Part shown: positions 18,306 to 28,120 of the stretch, one piece after another
Position numbering within the stretch: the stretch's first letter is position 1
How the letters are laid out: every line of letters begins with the position of its first letter
From: a virus
Strand: one strand, 5' to 3'
Length of the DNA: 64,000 bases
IMG/VR virus record: IMGVR_UViG_3300009446_000004
Notes under the pieces: model-generated
Databases searched by the model: none
What the model saw: only the letters and a program-made list of their open reading frames with translations
Told to the model about the DNA's origin: nothing
Position numbers and translations under genes: made by a program

Positions 18306-18701
18306 ATGAAAACAAGCAAAATACTAGAATGGATAGTTGCAATCTTGATAGCAATATTTATAATCCTCATTATCGAAAATTATATTCTGCCAACTAGCGA
18401 GCAATGGCCGATTCAGAATACAGACAAAGACAGAGATGATTGTGAAACACTGACGGCTGATGAGGTGATCAACGAAATTTGTAAAACAGAGCGATTAGTG
18501 AGACAAAAAACATACAGGCTAGAACAAAACTGTAACACCTGGGCGGATAACTACAGGGCAACAAAAGATAAATACACTGAGCAGGACAAACAAGAGCTCG
18601 AAAGGTATTTTGCAGCCATACAAAAAGCTATCACAGAAACACCAAAGGAACCAGAGATCAATACAGTCTACTATCAGGATTGTGTAATTCTTTGCCAATA
18701 A
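18306..18701 (+). CDS. membrane-anchored hypothetical protein
   Basis: N-terminal TM helix (WIVAILIAIFIILII). Confidence 0.6.
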   Translation: MKTSKILEWIVAILIAIFIILIIENYILPTSEQWPIQNTDKDRDDCETLTADEVINEICKTERLVRQKTYRLEQNCNTWADNYRATKDKYTEQDKQELERYFAAIQKAITETPKEPEINTVYYQDCVILCQ

Positions 18702-18759
18702 CGCTTTGTTATTTCGGCATTTATACTTTATATTTGCAAATAAACAAAAACACACCACA

Positions 18760-19191
18760 ATGATAGTCAAGATAAACGGGCAAAGATTAACAGTGATTTG
18801 CTACACGATAGATGAGCAAAGAGGTCTCATAACAATAACATCGGCACCCGGATTAGAAACTACTATACAGATCCCTGGTTACAATAAACAAAGCTGGGGA
18901 AAACAGGCTAAGTCAATAATGACTCGTATAGATCAGGGTTTCATTGGCGGTAAACGATTTGTTGATTTGGACAAAGATCAGGAATTGGAAAAACTAAAAG
19001 AGATCACCAACGAACTAGGAGACAAGTATTTTTCAAAACCAACGGAAGAGTTTAAAGAGCACCTTGATTCAAAAAAGACAGAGACTAAGGCCAAGACAAA
19101 ATACAAGCACTCACAAAAGGATTGTGAGTGCCCTAAAATTAACGCGGATGTTTTAACCTGCCCGGACTGCGGCAAGGAGTGGCCTTTTTAA
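18760..19191 (+). CDS. hypothetical protein with C-terminal zinc ribbon
   Basis: Start ATG 18760 after the promoter-like TATATTTG (18730-18737); ends CECPK...TCPDCGKEWPF. Confidence 0.6.
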   Translation: MIVKINGQRLTVICYTIDEQRGLITITSAPGLETTIQIPGYNKQSWGKQAKSIMTRIDQGFIGGKRFVDLDKDQELEKLKEITNELGDKYFSKPTEEFKEHLDSKKTETKAKTKYKHSQKDCECPKINADVLTCPDCGKEWPF

Positions 19192-19234
19192 AAAAACTAA
19201 ATTTTCAAATTTCAAATTTCAATCAAATAACACC

Positions 19235-19570
19235 ATGAGAAAGGAACAATTATTTAAAGAGATCAGTAAAAGCACTGGAGTTGAAAAAGTAGATGTGCTG
19301 GTAGTACTGGAGGCGTATTTTAAAAAGGTAGAACACACCCTATCGACTGGAGAGTCAATTTATATTCGAGGTTATGCAACCATAGCACCAACACTCAGGA
19401 AAGCGAAAAAAGCGCGAAACATAAAAACGGGCGAAACGATAGATGTTGACGCGTATTATAAACCGACTTTGAAGTTTTGCAAAGCGGTCATCAAAACAGT
19501 TAGAGATAATTTGGTGATTGGTGAAGATATGAAGCCAGTACAAAAAGGCAAGCGGAAAACTAAAGACTAG
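19235..19570 (+). CDS. HU/IHF-family DNA-binding protein
   Basis: KEQLFKEISKSTG...GESIYIRGY...RKAKKARNIKTGETI...PTLKF. Confidence 0.9.
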   Translation: MRKEQLFKEISKSTGVEKVDVLVVLEAYFKKVEHTLSTGESIYIRGYATIAPTLRKAKKARNIKTGETIDVDAYYKPTLKFCKAVIKTVRDNLVIGEDMKPVQKGKRKTKD

Positions 19571-19639
19571 AACGACCCGACGTTTTAGATTAAAAAAACA
19601 GGGAGCAGCTATTTCGGTTGCTCCCATAACAGGTAGAGA

Positions 19640-21514
19640 TTGGAAACACCACTAAAACAAATCAAGGCGGATATACGGTTGGAGGCTTCTGGAAGGACTC
19701 AGAAATTTACAACTAAATGCCCATTTTGTAACGATACAAGAAAGAAGCACCCGAACCAAAAATGCTTCACAATTTGGCCCATTGAAGAAACCTATAATTG
19801 TAACCACTGTCATCAAAAAGGTAACTTTAAAATACATGAGGACAATCCCTGGGATTTACCCAAAAGAGTAGGGACATTGAAGCCAGTAGAACCACTATAT
19901 AAAAGAATGGCAGAACGCGGAATTGATAGGGATACAGTGGATCATTTTAAGATGACTTGGCAAAAGGAATGGAAAAACAGAAAAGGTGATACGGTACCTG
20001 CTACTGCTGTATATAATTTCTTCGAGGGCAATACTTTGATGAAGCAAAAATTCAAAGGCTACCAAAAAGACGGAGAGAAAATCATGTGGTCATCCTCCAA
20101 CAGCAAACACATTTTCTACGGACAGCAACACATGCCTACCGAGGAAGGGCATTTGATAATAACTGAGGGGGAGGATGATGCTATGTCATGGAGGCAATGC
20201 GGTGTAAGGGTCCCGGCGTGGTCGGTAGATAACGGTTCTTCATTAAAGAAGATTGGCAAAAAACTAGAATGCTTTGACAACATAAGTCGATTATTCCAAG
20301 CAGATGAAGAGGGGGAATACAAGATCACAAAGGTGTATATTTCTACAGATGATGATCCTGCTGGTTTGGTTCTAAAACAAGAACTCATAAGGCGCCTAAG
20401 GATTTGGCGCTGTTACATCATCGAATACCCTGAAGGGTGCAAAGATGCAAACGAGGTGCTACACCCAAAGGGGCCATTAGCAGGAAAGACAAAAAAAGAA
20501 AGGGAAAAGATACTACGTCAATGTTTCCTAGACGCTAGACCAGCACCGAGTCCTGACGTTCAGTATTTGGAAAACGAAATATGGGATGATATACTCAATG
20601 ATCATAGGCATGGATTAGAGACCGGAATATCTACAGGATCAGACCTGTTAGACCAAGTGCACCTTCACAGTCCAAATGGTAGTTTTGAAATATGGACCGG
20701 AATCCCTGAACACGGGAAAGGTGAATTTTTGCGATGGGTTGCAATGATGGCCGCTGTAAAGCACGACTGGAAATCAGGGTGGTATGTTCCTGAAGATATG
20801 CCGTCAAAGAATTTTTACAGAAAGCTAAGCGAGACTTATATAGGCAAGCCATTTGATAACCAGAAGCAGGATAAATACCCAGCCATGACAGAAAGCGAGC
20901 TCATCGCTGGAATGACATTTGTCAAAAATCATTTCTTTACAACACAACCGGAAAAAAACAAAAAACAACGACGAATGCCTACGCTCAAATGGGTAATTGA
21001 GGTGATGGAATGGCTAGTACTAAAAGAAGGGATAAGGATGTTTGTTATCGATCCATTCAACGGGCTTGATGCAAATTTCAAGATATCGCCAAATATAGCG
21101 GACAGGATGCAAAAAGACCTGACAGAAATGGAATACCAGGCTATGGAATTAGGTGTCAAGTTAGTTGTGGTAATGCACCCTAACAAAATGGAATACATGT
21201 CAAAAACGAGCAGCGAATTAAAAATGCCAGGACGGTATCATGTTGCAGGTGGGGCAATGCCTGTAAATAAATGCCACACAATGGCGGTGGTACACAGGGA
21301 GACAGATGAAGGCACTGACGAACTCAGCAACATTGCGCTTTTCCGATCGCTGAAGCAAAAGAACCAGGGAATAATGACAACAACGGGGCAAAGGGCTTTT
21401 GAGTTTGTGCCACACAAAAGACGATACATACACGCTGAAACCCAGGGTGACCCATTGGCTAATTGTTTGGCTAATATCGAAACAGAAATTGAAGATCAGG
21501 ATATACCGTTTTGA
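19640..21514 (+). CDS. bifunctional primase-helicase (T7 gp4 / Twinkle-like)
   Basis: Zinc finger CPFC...CNHC; TOPRIM IITEGEDD...STDDDPAG...KDANEVL; helicase TGIPEHGK, FVIDPF, VVMHP. Confidence 0.9.
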   Translation: METPLKQIKADIRLEASGRTQKFTTKCPFCNDTRKKHPNQKCFTIWPIEETYNCNHCHQKGNFKIHEDNPWDLPKRVGTLKPVEPLYKRMAERGIDRDTVDHFKMTWQKEWKNRKGDTVPATAVYNFFEGNTLMKQKFKGYQKDGEKIMWSSSNSKHIFYGQQHMPTEEGHLIITEGEDDAMSWRQCGVRVPAWSVDNGSSLKKIGKKLECFDNISRLFQADEEGEYKITKVYISTDDDPAGLVLKQELIRRLRIWRCYIIEYPEGCKDANEVLHPKGPLAGKTKKEREKILRQCFLDARPAPSPDVQYLENEIWDDILNDHRHGLETGISTGSDLLDQVHLHSPNGSFEIWTGIPEHGKGEFLRWVAMMAAVKHDWKSGWYVPEDMPSKNFYRKLSETYIGKPFDNQKQDKYPAMTESELIAGMTFVKNHFFTTQPEKNKKQRRMPTLKWVIEVMEWLVLKEGIRMFVIDPFNGLDANFKISPNIADRMQKDLTEMEYQAMELGVKLVVVMHPNKMEYMSKTSSELKMPGRYHVAGGAMPVNKCHTMAVVHRETDEGTDELSNIALFRSLKQKNQGIMTTTGQRAFEFVPHKRRYIHAETQGDPLANCLANIETEIEDQDIPF

Positions 21515-21560
21515 TAATTGGCAGAAATAAAGTAAATTCATAAAAAGCAAAAAGGCACCG

Positions 21561-23132
21561 ATGATTTGGACTCCCAGACCCTACCAAAAGAAATTTAAGA
21601 CTGATATTTATCAAGCCCTGCGACAGCATAACGGAGTGATGGGTCAAATGCCCACAGGCGGCGGCAAGACCATTGTAATGAGTGATATCTGTTACGATGC
21701 CCACAGAGCTAATAGGCCAGTATTGATCATCGCACATCGAAAAGAATTGATAACACAGGCACAAGATAAGATATCAAAGGCAGCTGGAATTGATACGGGG
21801 ATCATCATGGGAGACCATAGAATGAACTTAGATATACCTATCCAAGTTTGCAGCATTCAGACAATCAACAGCAGGCTGAACAAAATGGCTGATTACTTGA
21901 CTAGGTTTAAGTTGGTCATTGTTGATGAGGCCCACCATATCAAGGCAAGCACGTACATGAGCACCATTGATGCCTGTACAAATGCTAAAGTATTGGGCCT
22001 TACTGCCACACCTTGGAGGTCTTCAGGCGAAGGGTTTAAGGAGATCACTCAAACAATGATACAAGGCCCTAGCGTTAAATGGTTGGAGGCAAACGGCTAC
22101 TTAGTTCCTGCTAGAAAATTTCAGGTGCCTTTGGATCCAGAGGAAATGAAGGGATGGAGGGTCTACGGTGAAAAATACCGCGACGCCGATATGATGGAAT
22201 TAATGGGCCGGGATGACATCATGTCAGACATAGTGGGTAGTTGGAAGTTACACGCACAAGGCAGACAAACAGTAACCTTTGCCGTTAATATTGCACATAG
22301 CAAGAAGATTGTGGAGATGTATCAGGACCACGGTATATCAGCGGCCCATTTGGACGGCAACACAAACAAGTACGACAGGGACAAGATACTAATCGGACTA
22401 GAGAACGGAAAAGTGACTGTGTTATCTAATTGTGGCATAGTAGGTGAAGGTGTTGATGTTCCTGTTTTAGGAGTTGTCCAAATTGCTAGGCCAGTTTTTT
22501 CACTTGCCTTATTTTTACAAATGTGCGGTAGAGGTAGCAGAACGGCAAAAGGGAAAGAGGACTATATCTTGCTAGATCATGGAAATAATTTGATCACTCA
22601 TGGGTTCCCCAATAGAGATCACAAGTGGACCATCGAGGATAGAAAAAAACGCAAAAAAAACGAAATCGAAGTTGATGAAGATGGTCAAATATTAGAGGTC
22701 AAATTACAGGACGAGCAGGGCCGATTGTTTGATCCTGTAAAGTTTAAAGAATCAATCCCAGGGATGACACTCGTGGAGGTAACAAGAGACCACAGCGAAA
22801 TGGTGATTAAGAAGATAGCAAGGGAGATAAGGGAAAAGAATTGGAAACCCTACAGCATATGGCATCAGTTCAAAGACTGGTTGATAGAAAAAGAAGACAG
22901 CAGAGATCCTACAACTAAGGAATTAAAATTGGTTGAAGCGGAAATAAACAAGGGATTGCCAGCAGAGAATAAGATAAAACAACGTTGGCGGTCACACCGT
23001 ATATCAGAAATGCAAGACATACGCAACGGAGTTAAGCCAAAATCACACAGCAATAAAATTGTACTAGATGGAATCAGAAAGGGCATACGATCGAGAAGCA
23101 ATAGCAGCAGCTATCAAGGCAAAAGATATTGA
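21561..23132 (+). CDS. superfamily II DEAD/DEAH helicase
   Basis: MPTGGGKT, VDEAHH, GLTATP, GEGVDVP, QMCGRGSR. Confidence 0.9.
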   Translation: MIWTPRPYQKKFKTDIYQALRQHNGVMGQMPTGGGKTIVMSDICYDAHRANRPVLIIAHRKELITQAQDKISKAAGIDTGIIMGDHRMNLDIPIQVCSIQTINSRLNKMADYLTRFKLVIVDEAHHIKASTYMSTIDACTNAKVLGLTATPWRSSGEGFKEITQTMIQGPSVKWLEANGYLVPARKFQVPLDPEEMKGWRVYGEKYRDADMMELMGRDDIMSDIVGSWKLHAQGRQTVTFAVNIAHSKKIVEMYQDHGISAAHLDGNTNKYDRDKILIGLENGKVTVLSNCGIVGEGVDVPVLGVVQIARPVFSLALFLQMCGRGSRTAKGKEDYILLDHGNNLITHGFPNRDHKWTIEDRKKRKKNEIEVDEDGQILEVKLQDEQGRLFDPVKFKESIPGMTLVEVTRDHSEMVIKKIAREIREKNWKPYSIWHQFKDWLIEKEDSRDPTTKELKLVEAEINKGLPAENKIKQRWRSHRISEMQDIRNGVKPKSHSNKIVLDGIRKGIRSRSNSSSYQGKRY

Positions 23133-23586
23133 TGCTATACTGGAACTCAAAATGCCTTGTGGCGAATCAGCCTACATTCAACACCTGTTTAGGGTAGATT
23201 GGGTGAGCCCTGTTATCCCTTGGACAGACAAAGCAGGTAGCATGTCTATCAGATCAAGAGACAAACTGCTAAAAAAACTGAAAAGGATACTACCAGCGCC
23301 AAACAAATACCTGAATCACAAACGGATCTTTATAACAGTAAAAACACCAAAGGGATCGATCACAAGGAACTACGTAATCGATCAATATTACAACATAATG
23401 GACGGATGGCTTGGCGATGATGGGTATCCAAGATGTGCCAAAGAGGACTACTTTGACTTAGTAAAAAAATACGGAAAGGAAAACGTATCAACTAAATCCG
23501 AACCATACCGCAGGGATGACGGATATCCGGAGAGCTGGGGACGGGATATTAGAATATTCAAAAAAGACAAAGATAAAGACAAATAG
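23068..23586 (+). CDS. hypothetical protein
   Basis: 172-aa ORF; start uncertain. Confidence 0.55.
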   Translation: MESERAYDREAIAAAIKAKDIDAILELKMPCGESAYIQHLFRVDWVSPVIPWTDKAGSMSIRSRDKLLKKLKRILPAPNKYLNHKRIFITVKTPKGSITRNYVIDQYYNIMDGWLGDDGYPRCAKEDYFDLVKKYGKENVSTKSEPYRRDDGYPESWGRDIRIFKKDKDKDK

Positions 23587-23637
23587 AATTTTATTTAATA
23601 ACCGCGAGCTGATCGCTCGCTATTTCAAACAGATCAA

Positions 23638-24489
23638 ATGAGCAGAACGAACATTTCAAGTGAAGGAAATCACAAGATTAATATCGCAGGATATTTGAGT
23701 TTCCACGGAACCACAGGAGTAATAGAAAAAACCCCTATCGATGGAGAAAAAACACAGATCCCAATAGGAAAATTTGGATGCATTATTTTGAATGATGACC
23801 ATCATAAAGCCGGAGGGATGACTGACTATTTGTACTTCTTTTCAAGGGTACAAAAAAACGGCAACCCGATCAAGGTATTCAAGAAAAACCGAAAAGGGAA
23901 AACTGAAGTACCGACAACGTTAATAGGTGAGGGTGTTTGGGGCAAAGATCTAAAGACATCATTACATCCAATCGGTGTTCGTCACGTAAAGATCATCTAT
24001 GTAATGCACAAAGGCGAAATATGGGCGCTGGAACTAAAGGGCGCTGCCTCTTTTGCCTATGGGGCACTGAGCAAGAAACTAGGAGCAGAGCGTTATAACG
24101 GTGTACTAACATATACCGAGGTGACGCAAGAAAAAAAAGGATCAGTCGAATATGTGGTTCCTGTTTTTAAAATGATCCCGCAAAGCCGTTACCCTAGTAA
24201 AGTATTTGAAGATGCTGACAAAGCAGACATAAGATTGACAGAGGATCTGAAGCTGTACTTTGCAGATCAGGACAGCTACCAAGATCAAGATGATAGATCA
24301 ATGGATAATCCAACGCCACAGCTAGACGAAAACGGATCAGTGGTCAATGGTCAATACTTGGGGCCTGAAGATATGGAAGATGGATTTGAGAAGGCTAACG
24401 AGCACATAAAAAGTGAGCAAGAAAGGCTATTAAAAGAAACCAACGATCAAGCTCCGCCAGCCGATGATGAGGACGATTTACCATTCTAG
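23638..24489 (+). CDS. probable ssDNA-binding protein
   Basis: Beta-rich core and an acidic tail ending DDEDDLPF. Confidence 0.6.
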   Translation: MSRTNISSEGNHKINIAGYLSFHGTTGVIEKTPIDGEKTQIPIGKFGCIILNDDHHKAGGMTDYLYFFSRVQKNGNPIKVFKKNRKGKTEVPTTLIGEGVWGKDLKTSLHPIGVRHVKIIYVMHKGEIWALELKGAASFAYGALSKKLGAERYNGVLTYTEVTQEKKGSVEYVVPVFKMIPQSRYPSKVFEDADKADIRLTEDLKLYFADQDSYQDQDDRSMDNPTPQLDENGSVVNGQYLGPEDMEDGFEKANEHIKSEQERLLKETNDQAPPADDEDDLPF

Positions 24490-24503
24490 GAGAACATAAG
24501 CAC

Positions 24504-24535
24504 AAGGGGAGCAAAGCTAAAATTTTGCTCCCCTT
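24504..24535 (+). terminator. stem-loop after the SSB-like gene
   Basis: AAGGGGAGCAAA / TTTGCTCCCCTT 12-bp stem. Confidence 0.5.
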
Positions 24536-24549
24536 AAAAAACACCACTA

Positions 24550-24909
24550 ATGCAGGTTGATATAAAAATGAAAATGAAGGTAGAATGGAAAGACGAACCG
24601 CACCCAATATTCAAGGCAACAATATCTATCATCAACGACATGAGGCAAAGAGTGTGGATGTTAGGACACACTAGGGTTCTGGTATTAGGATTGTGTAGCG
24701 ATGAAACATTTAAGGAAGCAGGCAGCACACAACCGTCCCCAAAGCTGATAAACCCAGCACAGTCTATAACAACTGTAGACTCTATTGATTTACCGTCTAT
24801 TTTTGGAAGGGTGCAATTCATTTTTGATATAAAAATAGAGGGGCAGCAAGGTGTATTCACAATATTGACAAAGCCGTTTTTTTTGATCCAAAAAGCAAAA
24901 CTAAATTAG
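24550..24909 (+). CDS. hypothetical protein
   Basis: 119-aa ORF with an ACACCAC leader. Confidence 0.55.
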   Translation: MQVDIKMKMKVEWKDEPHPIFKATISIINDMRQRVWMLGHTRVLVLGLCSDETFKEAGSTQPSPKLINPAQSITTVDSIDLPSIFGRVQFIFDIKIEGQQGVFTILTKPFFLIQKAKLN

Positions 24910-25440
24910 ATGGCTATACCATGCCCGAACGGATGCGGTAACAATACGCAGTACAGAGGAAAGCTTTGCTTCAGGTGCAAGCCTAGAAAGGCGATACTTA
25001 GGACACCAATCAAAAAAAAGTATTACACAATACCCAGGACACCAATCAAAAAAAACCAAAAGACAACCAGAAAAAAAAGGCACGATAAAATCATGCGAAG
25101 CCTGCCTGAAAAGAAAGGCATTTGTTCAGGTTGTGGACAATGTGGATCAACGGAATGGAGCCATGTAAAGGCAGGCAGAACAGACGAAGCAATGAGATTT
25201 ATTATGGAGGACTGCAGAACGTGCCACCACAAGTACGATGCCGGATCTATTGCTGATTTCTTCACGCTAAATAACTGGCAGGTCAGATTGGTGATATTGT
25301 TCAAATTGAAATCACCCAAAACCATAAGGCTAATCAACTACGCTAGGGAACAAAACGAATTTATCCCACACGATGAGGAATGGGATAATGTGATAGAGCA
25401 AGATAATACAGTAATAGAAATTAAAAAGACTGATCGATGA
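24910..25440 (+). CDS. zinc-binding HNH/NinG-like protein
   Basis: CPNGC...CFRC, CSGC...SH...CRTCHHKYD. Confidence 0.5.
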   Translation: MAIPCPNGCGNNTQYRGKLCFRCKPRKAILRTPIKKKYYTIPRTPIKKNQKTTRKKRHDKIMRSLPEKKGICSGCGQCGSTEWSHVKAGRTDEAMRFIMEDCRTCHHKYDAGSIADFFTLNNWQVRLVILFKLKSPKTIRLINYAREQNEFIPHDEEWDNVIEQDNTVIEIKKTDR

Positions 25441-26189
25441 AACAACAACCGGAACCATACCAATCATTTTACGCTCTTTTTATGACCGCTATCACAATGG
25501 TAACAAGGCAAAAGATATACTTTCAACCGCCTTGGATGAAAGTATTGATTGAACAGTCGGTGCTAGATTTTATTATGCACATGAAGGAAAATCACGCACT
25601 AGGACCGGCAAAATTTAAACCAGGAGGCTACGTTGATAGGGGTGGAAATTTACAGAATGCTAGGAACCTGGTGCAACCTCAAAATAAATTGACCAAAGAT
25701 CAGGATGACCATATTAAGCATCTGCAAAAACTTTCAGAGGGTATTGAATCAGGAAAAATCAAACCGATAAAGATATCAATGGACTGGAGGAGTGATTTGC
25801 CACCACCAATGGTATTTCGATCACCTTTTGAAAAAAGAAAAAACTCGCTAGGAATAGGCATTGATACTGGGAAATTAAAACTCCACCATATTAGCGGTAA
25901 TCTAGGACAAGGGAAAACAAGATCAAGATCTGTGTCAGTACAGATGATCACCATAAAGCGACCTGAACCAATGGACGAAAGAATGAAGGAACTAACGGCC
26001 ACAGCATTCAGGCTAATAGAAATGCATCTACCAAGGCTAATATCAATATGGGTAGATAGTCGAAAACTAACAGACGCGCAGGTAGAGACCTTAATTGAAA
26101 ACGAGGGGATCAATCAGCAGCGCTTTTTAAAAGTTTACAACAAAACATTCACAGGATTTATTTGGCACTTCACCGATCTAAAATACTAA
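25437..26189 (+). CDS. hypothetical protein
   Basis: 250-aa coupled ORF. Confidence 0.6.
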   Translation: MKQQPEPYQSFYALFMTAITMVTRQKIYFQPPWMKVLIEQSVLDFIMHMKENHALGPAKFKPGGYVDRGGNLQNARNLVQPQNKLTKDQDDHIKHLQKLSEGIESGKIKPIKISMDWRSDLPPPMVFRSPFEKRKNSLGIGIDTGKLKLHHISGNLGQGKTRSRSVSVQMITIKRPEPMDERMKELTATAFRLIEMHLPRLISIWVDSRKLTDAQVETLIENEGINQQRFLKVYNKTFTGFIWHFTDLKY

Positions 26190-26193
26190 GCAA

Positions 26194-26499
26194 ATGATAG
26201 CATTATTAGAGAAATTCCAGTCAGAGACAGGACATAGCGCAAGCCAAAACCTGCTTGAGTACACTGATTGGCTAAGTAGACAGCGGTTTTTTGTCTGTTA
26301 TTTTGAGGGTAAAATCGATATGGGCAGCATGACACAAATAGGCCAAATGTATCCAAACAGGGACGCAACTATTGAGGGTATCAAAAAGGACTTGGGGAAA
26401 GACGGTCCCTTTGTGATCACTGGAATAGACGAAATAACGATGAAAGATTACTTCGAAAGCGCTAAAACAGAACCAACAGATGACAAAGACAACAGTTAA
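26194..26499 (+). CDS. hypothetical protein
   Basis: 101-aa ORF. Confidence 0.5.
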   Translation: MIALLEKFQSETGHSASQNLLEYTDWLSRQRFFVCYFEGKIDMGSMTQIGQMYPNRDATIEGIKKDLGKDGPFVITGIDEITMKDYFESAKTEPTDDKDNS

Positions 26500-26818
26500 G
26501 ATAGACAAATTTAGAGGCAATACACCACCATTTGCAACACCTTGGTACGCTTTCAGATGGATGTTTAACCGAGCAGCCAAAGAGATATTTGAAGGCCAGC
26601 ACACGGGTATCAGTCACCAAGTAGCGGCGATGGATGGGTCAGAGGGCAAAAGGGCCACCGTATCAATAGATAGAGCAAAGACAAAGGAATGGCTCGCTGT
26701 TAGAGGGATAGAAAGCCATCAGGACCTCTTGGAAAACGGAACCAAAGAAGACGAGCCAGCTATCCACAAGAGGGAATTTGATTATCATCGAAGGACCATG
26801 AAAGTACATCAGCAATGA
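26480..26818 (+). CDS. hypothetical protein
   Basis: 112-aa ORF. Confidence 0.5.
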   Translation: MTKTTVKIDKFRGNTPPFATPWYAFRWMFNRAAKEIFEGQHTGISHQVAAMDGSEGKRATVSIDRAKTKEWLAVRGIESHQDLLENGTKEDEPAIHKREFDYHRRTMKVHQQ

Positions 26819-27162
26819 AAACAACCAATACATTCAGGACCGACTCGATTGTAAATGTAGAGGTCGAGGACTTCATCAAAAACACTGTCTTTTACGAGTA
26901 CAGACCAGAGATGAAATTATTCTCGCTTGTAGTTCGAAAGGCAGGCGTCTATGATAAACACTTTGGAGATCTAGTAACTGAGTTATCGGAGGAGCGCAAA
27001 AAGCATTATGTTCTCAAAGATGATGGCATTTACTACTTGCCAAGGGTTATTATTACCCTATCAAGTAACAAGCAATTACAGGTAAGGTGCCAGACATTTG
27101 AGGAGGCATGGGAACTAGCTCGTTTAATAAGGACAAGTGATCAAGAGTGGCAAACTATTTAA
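26815..27162 (+). CDS. hypothetical protein
   Basis: 115-aa ATGA-coupled ORF. Confidence 0.55.
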   Translation: MKTTNTFRTDSIVNVEVEDFIKNTVFYEYRPEMKLFSLVVRKAGVYDKHFGDLVTELSEERKKHYVLKDDGIYYLPRVIITLSSNKQLQVRCQTFEEAWELARLIRTSDQEWQTI

Positions 27163-27211
27163 TAACAAATTGCCCTGATGAGCGGCAAACGCTTCTAAAC
27201 TAATCAACAAA

Positions 27212-27580
27212 ATGCAAAGGGAAAACATATTAGAGCACGTATTGAACAATTGGCCTATTAGAGCAGTAAATGTGATTAGAGATCTGAAGATCAAAAGCCC
27301 TCCAGGAGCTTACTATCATTTGAACGCTTTAGTTAGGGATAGTTTATTGGTCTTGGGATCAGACAAGAAGTACAGACCTATACAGGCAAGTAATAGCTGT
27401 GAGGCGTTGATTGAGAAGTACGAATACATGTGCAAGGAGCTGACCAAGTTGATCATATTCAACCCTCAGACAACCGAGGAGCACCTAACAAATGCCTCAG
27501 CTGTCATATCCAGAGATGCCGTAGCAAAGTGCATAAAGATAGCAAGAGAGACATTTGCAGATCCAAAAAAGAACCAATGA
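27212..27580 (+). CDS. winged-helix-like hypothetical protein
   Basis: VNVIRDLKIKSPPGAYYHLNALVRDSLL resembles a wHTH. Confidence 0.45.
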   Translation: MQRENILEHVLNNWPIRAVNVIRDLKIKSPPGAYYHLNALVRDSLLVLGSDKKYRPIQASNSCEALIEKYEYMCKELTKLIIFNPQTTEEHLTNASAVISRDAVAKCIKIARETFADPKKNQ

Positions 27581-27756
27581 CAGGGGTATTATTTATAACC
27601 GTTGGACTGATAGGAGTTATAGCTATTGGCCTATCAATTTATCACTTTGTAAACAGTGAAAGCCTATCCATGCCTAAGGACAGGGCTGACAAGTGGAATA
27701 ACCAAATAAAGGACGGGAAAGTATTTTGGAACAAAATGGGAAACGATAACAAATAA
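27577..27756 (+). CDS. small single-TM protein
   Basis: MTGVLFITVGLIGVIAIGLSIYHF; ATGA overlap. Confidence 0.5.
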   Translation: MTGVLFITVGLIGVIAIGLSIYHFVNSESLSMPKDRADKWNNQIKDGKVFWNKMGNDNK

Positions 27757-27810
27757 ATCAAAGTCGATCGAATTCACGATAAAGGATTGGGCTCTTTTAT
27801 TGCCTACTCG

Positions 27811-27852
27811 TTTTGTAGTCTCAGACATTTGCTTTATATTTACGGCATATTA
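27811..27852 (+). promoter_or_regulatory. conserved phage promoter copy driving the SNF2 / GNAT-MTase operon
   Basis: TTTTGTAGTCTCAGACATTTGCTTTATATTTACGGCATATTA matches the copies at 2229 and 8149. Confidence 0.75.
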
Positions 27853-27874
27853 CAAGACGACAAAAGCAAATGAT

Positions 27875-28120
27875 ATGAAAATCGATTTAGGCAACAAACA
27901 AGAAGTAAGAGATGTTATTTTGTCTTATTTGGCAGGCAATGCCAGAAAAGAAGACACAGGCACAGCATATGAAAATGATTTAGGTGTGTTGCCGATATGT
28001 GATGTTTATGAGATGTGGGATCAACTATCTTTTGATTATGCATTGAAACTATCTGAAGCATCAGGTCATAATTACCTATATGACAATGTTGGGTTCATTA
28101 TTGCAATTGAGTTTGAATGA
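27875..28120 (+). CDS. small acidic hypothetical protein
   Basis: Likely start ATG 27875 after the promoter. Confidence 0.55.
   Translation: MKIDLGNKQEVRDVILSYLAGNARKEDTGTAYENDLGVLPICDVYEMWDQLSFDYALKLSEASGHNYLYDNVGFIIAIEFE

Noticed and set aside
25001-25056. AGGACACCAATCAAAAAAAA twice in ORF 24910
   Set aside because: In-frame duplication encoding RTPIKK twice; no independent evidence of a DNA function.
27171-27195. CTGATGAG inside a TTGCC/GGCAA hairpin, a possible hammerhead ribozyme core (similar CCGATGAG at 43248)
   Set aside because: There is no downstream GAAA and no stem II/III arrangement, so the catalytic core is incomplete.
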